64,000 bases of DNA from Longimicrobiales bacterium (GTDB lineage: Bacteria; Gemmatimonadota; Gemmatimonadetes; Longimicrobiales; Gaopeijiaceae), in assembly GCA_965198065.1 (NCBI GenBank), contig CBDAON010000004.1, forward strand, positions 480,001-544,000. Reading direction: 5' to 3'. The position numbers and the translations under genes are program-made. The notes beneath the pieces are model-generated. The model was given only the letters and a program-made list of their open reading frames with translations, made no database searches and was not told where the DNA came from. Below are positions 59,226 to 64,000 of this stretch, piece by piece. Each line of letters opens with the position of its first letter. Position 1 is the stretch's first letter.

Positions 59226-60634
59226 TCAGTTCCTACCGAGGCCTGACCACCACCTTGCTAGCCGAAAGACACGGCTCTCAACGAGGTGGGACGTCAGGAC
59301 ATCGACGGCAGCGAGCTGAACGGCGCTCGCCCATGTCGGATATGCGTGAATGGTTCCCGCGAGGGCCTCGACGCCAAGCCGATGTTCCATGGCCAGCGCA
59401 ACCTCAGCGATCATTTCGCCGGCGCGCGTCGCAACGATCGTTGCCCCGACGATTCGACCATCCCGGCGCGTGATGAGCTTCATGAGCCCGGCTTCCTCCG
59501 CATCGCAGATCGCGCGATCTGCCTTCGTGAAGGGTACATGATGCACCGTGAGGGTGCTGCCCAGTCGCTCGCGTCCCTCAGCCTCCGTCCATCCAACGCG
59601 CGCGACTTCGGGATCGGTGAAGGTGACCGCGGGCAGCACGTCGGCTCGCGCCGCGGACTTGCCAGGAAGGAGAGCGTTTCGCACGGCTCGAAAGCACTGC
59701 CATCCGGCGAGGTGAGAGAACTGTGGTCCACCAAGGACATCCCCACATGCGAAGACGTGCTTAACGTTGGTTCGCAAGTAGCGGTCGACCGGTATCCCGC
59801 GATCGCCATATCGGACGCCTGCACGCTCGAGTTCCATCCCCTCAACACGCGGCACGCGTCCCGTGGCGACGAGTAGCTGGTCGCCGGCCACCGCCCCCTG
59901 TGTGGTCTGGACCTGGATGCCAGCGGCTGTCGTCTGGACGGCCAGGCCGCGAGCGAGACTCACTCGAACGCCTTCGCGCTCTAGGATTGAACCGACCAGT
60001 GTCTGCGTCTCGGGTTCCTCGCGCCCGATAACCTGAGGGCCGATCAGCGTGACGCGTGCTCCCAGGCGCCGATGAGCCTGAGCCATTTCGACTCCGAGCG
60101 GGCCAGCGCCGAGGACGACCAAATGAGACGGCAGCTCGTCGAGCTCGAACAACCGTTCGTAGGTGAGGTAAGGAACGTTCTCAAGGCCCGTGACCGGAGG
60201 AATCCGTGCGCTCGCGCCGGTGCATATGATGATCCGCTTCGCGACGATCCGCTGGTCACCGCTGACGATCGCGTGGGGGGCTTCAAAACGCGCGGGTCCA
60301 GAAATACGTCGATCCCTCGCCGCCGAAGCGCCTCAGGCGCTGTGTGCTCGTAGATGCCCGCGATCGCGTCTTGCACCCGGTTCCGTACGCGGCGCATGTC
60401 AGTGCGCGGCTATCCGACGTCGATCCCGAACAAGCCCGCGCGCCGTGAATCGTGCGCCACGCGCGAAGCCCGAATCAACGACTTACTGGGGACGCACCCC
60501 GTCCAAGTGCAATCGCCTCCGATGCGGTCGCGCTCGAGGAGAGCGACCTTGGCGCCAATCCGGGCCGCGAACTCAGCACCGATCAACCCTGCGGAACCAG
60601 CGCCGATAATGGCCAGGTCGAAGGAGAGGCTCAT
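59226..60634 (-). pseudogene. Pyridine nucleotide-disulfide oxidoreductase (MerA/dihydrolipoamide dehydrogenase-like); in-frame TAG 60410-60412 and frameshift ~60298
   Basis: GAGSAG; GGDCTWTGCVPSK; GAGPLGVEMAQ; ATGR.P; GDV; FTDPEVA; HAYPT. Confidence 0.88.
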
Positions 60635-62427
60635 ACGAGATGAGCCGGTCGCTGGGCGATGAACACCCCATAGCGGATGCTGCCGGCGTTCACGGCACGC
60701 TCAGCCTCACGCAACGCCTCCCGCGCCGACCGCAGGTCGAATCGCGGCATGGACGCGGCGGCTCCCGACGCGGAGGCGGTTACCCACCCGACAAGGTTCC
60801 GCTTGATACGGAGAAGTAGCTCGCTGAGGGCGTCGCTGGCATCCCAGCTCGTGACTTCGACGAATCCCGCGTCCGCGAGGGCGCGGGCGTAGGCCCGTGC
60901 CGAGAGCGCGCGCTGCAGGCACGTGCCTGAATGAACCCATTCGCGCAACGATTCTGGCACGTCGCCTTCGAGCACCATGTCGGTGATCGCTACGCGGCCG
61001 CCGGCTCGTAGGACACGCAGCATCTCGCGCAGCGCACCCGGTTGGTCCACGAATGTGCTGAGGGCACATTCGCACAGCACCGCGTCCACGCTGCCGGCAG
61101 CCAGTGGTATCGCGTGCGCGTCGCCGGTGCGGAGTTCTAGACGGCTATCGGCGTACGGCTTCGCTTGCGCGTCGAGACCGATACCGGAGACCGGATGATC
61201 GCCGAGGATGGCGCGCAGACTTGCACCTGTGCCGCACGCGACGTCGAGGACCGTCTGGCCTCGCACGAGGCCGAGTGCGGAGGCGACCTGACGCGTGAGC
61301 GCGATGCCTCCCGGATGGAGGGAGTGGCCCAATACCCTGAGCACGTCTTCGCGCTGATAGAACGCAACGCAGCATGAGGTCTCGCCGCGGGTGCTGCGGC
61401 GAGCGGCATACCGGTGTGTCGGAACCGGACGTGCGGGGCTGAAGCACTCGACGTCGTTCCACGTGACTCGTGCGGGCGCCGCCGCCGCGACCATGGCGTC
61501 GCCAAGAAGCGTCCGAAGCTCGGATGGCGGCAACGCGACGCGGGCGTTCACGAGCCAGCGAATGTGGTATCTATCCTCGGTCTGCGCGGCCGCCTCGACG
61601 ATCTGCCATGCGCCGCGGCGCACCAGCGCCCCTGACCCGCCGCCTGGAGTTGTGACCGCCATCTTCACATGGGCGACCGGCGCATCCGACAACCGCTCGA
61701 GGAAACGCCGCATGATGGCGCTTTGGTCCAGCGTCTTGTTGTGCTGAACGGACACGGCGCCATTGAACCACCCTAGCTGCGCTTCCGCAGCCGCGTACCG
61801 ATCGTAATCGATCGTCAGGGGAGCGGCTGAGTGCGTGGGTTGGCAGTGCAACCACTCGTCGATCCCCTTGCCGGTACGACCCGAGACGGGCACCACCGGA
61901 GCGTGCGGTTGCCAGGCGCGGACGCGATCGAGAACGTGCGGGGGCGCCATGTCCGCGCGGCTCACAAGCACGACATCCGCTTCCTCGATCTGTTTCTGAA
62001 AGAGATACGCGATTTCGTTCGAGACAGCTCCGGTGGCTACGTCGAGCACACGCCACGGATCCACGACGACGGCATATGGCGCAAACTCGTAACGAGTGGA
62101 GTGTCGGTCTGCGAGCGGAGCTAGCACCGTGGCCACGATGTCCGTACAACTACCAACCGCTTCGGCGATGGCCGTGGTGGCCCCGGAATCCACCGCCGCG
62201 GCCAGCGCACGCTCAAGCTCTGGATAGCGACAGCAGAAGCAGCCGCCGCGAATCTCCTGGAGGCTGGCACCCGCGTCGCGGCACAGCTGCGTGTCCACGA
62301 GCAGACTTCCCTGATCATTCGTCACGATCGCGACCCGCTCGCCTTGATCACGCAGCCGGCCGGCGAGAGAGCGCGCTAACGTCGTCTTGCCAGCGCCGAG
62401 AAACCCACCGAGCACGTGTACAATCAC
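60631..62427 (-). CDS. CobW/HypB-like G3E GTPase fused to a SAM-dependent methyltransferase
   Basis: GGFLGAGKTT, VTNDQG, GGCFCC, EAVGSCTD; then LHPGG..LT, VLDVACGTG, ECALS, GGRVAITD; GTG overlaps the upstream TGA. Confidence 0.85.
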   Translation of the reverse strand: MIVHVLGGFLGAGKTTLARSLAGRLRDQGERVAIVTNDQGSLLVDTQLCRDAGASLQEIRGGCFCCRYPELERALAAAVDSGATTAIAEAVGSCTDIVATVLAPLADRHSTRYEFAPYAVVVDPWRVLDVATGAVSNEIAYLFQKQIEEADVVLVSRADMAPPHVLDRVRAWQPHAPVVPVSGRTGKGIDEWLHCQPTHSAAPLTIDYDRYAAAEAQLGWFNGAVSVQHNKTLDQSAIMRRFLERLSDAPVAHVKMAVTTPGGGSGALVRRGAWQIVEAAAQTEDRYHIRWLVNARVALPPSELRTLLGDAMVAAAAPARVTWNDVECFSPARPVPTHRYAARRSTRGETSCCVAFYQREDVLRVLGHSLHPGGIALTRQVASALGLVRGQTVLDVACGTGASLRAILGDHPVSGIGLDAQAKPYADSRLELRTGDAHAIPLAAGSVDAVLCECALSTFVDQPGALREMLRVLRAGGRVAITDMVLEGDVPESLREWVHSGTCLQRALSARAYARALADAGFVEVTSWDASDALSELLLRIKRNLVGWVTASASGAAASMPRFDLRSAREALREAERAVNAGSIRYGVFIAQRPAHLV

Positions 62428-63737
62428 ATGAGCCCCCGCGGCCTGCGAAGCACGTTGTACTCGCAAAGTGACACAGGCTGGCCGGCACGATCGATCACGT
62501 GCACGCAGCACCGGTCCACGCGATCCTGGTCATAGGTGTACGCGTCCATGAACGGCTTGATGGCTACGATGAAGAAGTCACGGTAGCTAGACCAATCCGC
62601 CGAGTCGTCGTTCTCGCCGAGCAGGTCGAGCACGACATCCAAAGCGTCGCTCTCGGCGACTGCCTCGAGCATCGTGGCAGGCAGCCGGTCTCTAACCTGG
62701 TCGACGAGCGGAGCGACAGCCGGGGATGCCCACTCCTGGAACCGAGGGAAATAGCGCGAGACAGGAATCGTGCGGTCTTCGCGCACAAGCGCAACGGCCA
62801 TCCCGAAGCAGTTGGGGCTGGAGCAGGGGATCGGACCGAAGTCATCGAGCGAGAATAGGCCGTCTGTCTGTGCAACGACCTCATGCACGATCTCGGCCAT
62901 GGTGAGGAGCGGAGCGTTGCGATCGTTCTCGTACCGGCCGGCATAGAACGCCGGCTGGAGCATGACGGTGTTCATGTGCGGATGGTGCTCACGAGCCATT
63001 CGGATAACCGCACCCACCTCAGAGAGGTTGATCCCGCGAGTGACGGTCATGACGGGCACGACGAAGATGCCTGCACCGAGTAGGTTCTCGATGGCCCGTT
63101 GCTTCACCGGAAAGAGATTCTTCGATCCTCGGATCTGTGCATGCGTGGACTCCGCAAAGCCATCGAACTGGAAGTAAATGTGCAAACGCTCGCTGCCGCC
63201 ATCGATCTCCGCGAGCCGCTGGACTAGGGTGCGATCGGAGGCGAACCGAACCCCATTAGAGTTCACGTAAACCTTACTCACGCCTTGCTCGAAGCAGTGG
63301 GCTACAATCTGCTCGAACTCCGGGTGCGTCGTGGGCTCACCTCCGGAGAGCTGAACGACGTCCGCGGTGTCCTTGCCGGCCGCGCGCAGGCGCCCGAGCT
63401 TCACCCTGAACTCGTCGAAGGGCATCGCCCAAGTGAGGTGCGGTGACGACGCCGTGAAGCACGTGGGACAGGTGAGGTTGCAGTGCTCGGTGATCTCGAA
63501 GATCAGGGTGCAGCTGTGGTTCGTACTTGGGCCGCAGCAACCGCCGGGTCCGCAGACCGGCCCGCGCGTCTCGTTCCAGTACAAAGCGGCATCGCTGGCG
63601 ATCAGGGCTTCGGTGGCGCCGTGCGCGGTACAGTTGCGCTGCAGGTACACGCGGGCGTCTCGTTCGACCACGGTGCCTGGCACCCGCTCCAGACATTCGG
63701 GGCAGACTGTGGTCGTTCCCTTGACCTGGCGTTCCAT
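62424..63737 (-). CDS. Radical SAM protein of the MJ0619/Tes-related family (N-terminal Cys cluster, C-terminal RCC)
   Basis: CPEC...C..HG; CNLTCPTC; SGGEPT.HP; NSNG; QFDG; PCSSPNC; FMDAYTYD..R..RCC; C.YN. Confidence 0.88.
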   Translation of the reverse strand: MERQVKGTTTVCPECLERVPGTVVERDARVYLQRNCTAHGATEALIASDAALYWNETRGPVCGPGGCCGPSTNHSCTLIFEITEHCNLTCPTCFTASSPHLTWAMPFDEFRVKLGRLRAAGKDTADVVQLSGGEPTTHPEFEQIVAHCFEQGVSKVYVNSNGVRFASDRTLVQRLAEIDGGSERLHIYFQFDGFAESTHAQIRGSKNLFPVKQRAIENLLGAGIFVVPVMTVTRGINLSEVGAVIRMAREHHPHMNTVMLQPAFYAGRYENDRNAPLLTMAEIVHEVVAQTDGLFSLDDFGPIPCSSPNCFGMAVALVREDRTIPVSRYFPRFQEWASPAVAPLVDQVRDRLPATMLEAVAESDALDVVLDLLGENDDSADWSSYRDFFIVAIKPFMDAYTYDQDRVDRCCVHVIDRAGQPVSLCEYNVLRRPRGLM

Positions 63738-63938
63738 GCGTTAGCAAGTCGCACTCGCGCCCGAAAGTTCCGTCGCCTGCGACTTAGCTGATATTGGTAG
63801 CGACGCCTGGGCCGGACGTAGGCCGCGCCCCCTCGGCTGGGGGGACGTGATCGAGCGGCCCGAAGAGGCGGTGGATGTTGAACCACCAGACCCATTCGCA
63901 CGAGACCCCTGCTGGGGCTTCGGCGATAACGTGAGCAG

Positions 63939-64000
63939 GTGATTTTGGGCACTCTTTTCTTGATTCTCGCCTTCGTCGTCCTCTTGGCCGGGCTCCTTGC
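63939..64000 (+). CDS. Possible start of a membrane protein running off the window (MILGTLFLILAFVVLLAGLL)
   Basis: GTG after GAGCAG; hydrophobic stretch only. Confidence 0.3.
   Translation, partial: MILGTLFLILAFVVLLAGLL

Noticed and set aside
59226..60634. Calling the oxidoreductase merA
   Set aside because: No C-terminal Cys-Cys pair, no NmerA domain and no merR/merT/merP context
1..64000. CRISPR array, rRNA or complete tRNA
   Set aside because: No regularly spaced repeats or complete RNA genes seen; repeats at 29770-30140 are coding Ig-domain repeats

Overview
High-GC, IS-rich and heavily decayed bacterial accessory region. The Big_2 Ig-repeat lipoproteins, BlaI/BlaR1-TonB pair, NHL-repeat protein and SusC-type N-terminal fragment suggest a Gemmatimonadota-like, possibly host-associated genome, but this is inference only. 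About 4.3-26.7 kb is a defence/mobile island: a type I RM operon (hsdR-hsdS-hsdM), higBA, a ColE1-type mobC/mobA module with nested mobB/mobD, a two-gene operon (675-aa unknown protein plus 1400-aa SF2 helicase with DUF1998), an MmeI-like relic, a DUF5131/TcmP pair and a P4-type tyrosine integrase. The most striking observation is that the 675-aa helicase partner ends in a ~65-aa segment matching the archaeal/eukaryotic ribosomal protein eL13 (L13e) motif. This makes the pair a candidate Druantia-like defence system with a borrowed ribosomal RNA-binding module. The right half holds frdABCD, a split PEP-synthase/rifampin-phosphotransferase-like pair, an IS256, a TetR/methyltransferase pair, blaI/blaR1-TonB and an IS-interrupted ferredoxin-adenylate cyclase-Rieske gene. 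It also holds a tRNA-Val 5' half cut exactly at the anticodon loop, nirK-cytochrome c, and a coupled radical SAM / GTPase-methyltransferase fusion / flavin disulfide oxidoreductase operon. Many genes carry frameshifts (several at homopolymers, so possibly sequencing error) or in-frame stops. All family assignments come from motif recognition by eye; no searches were run.
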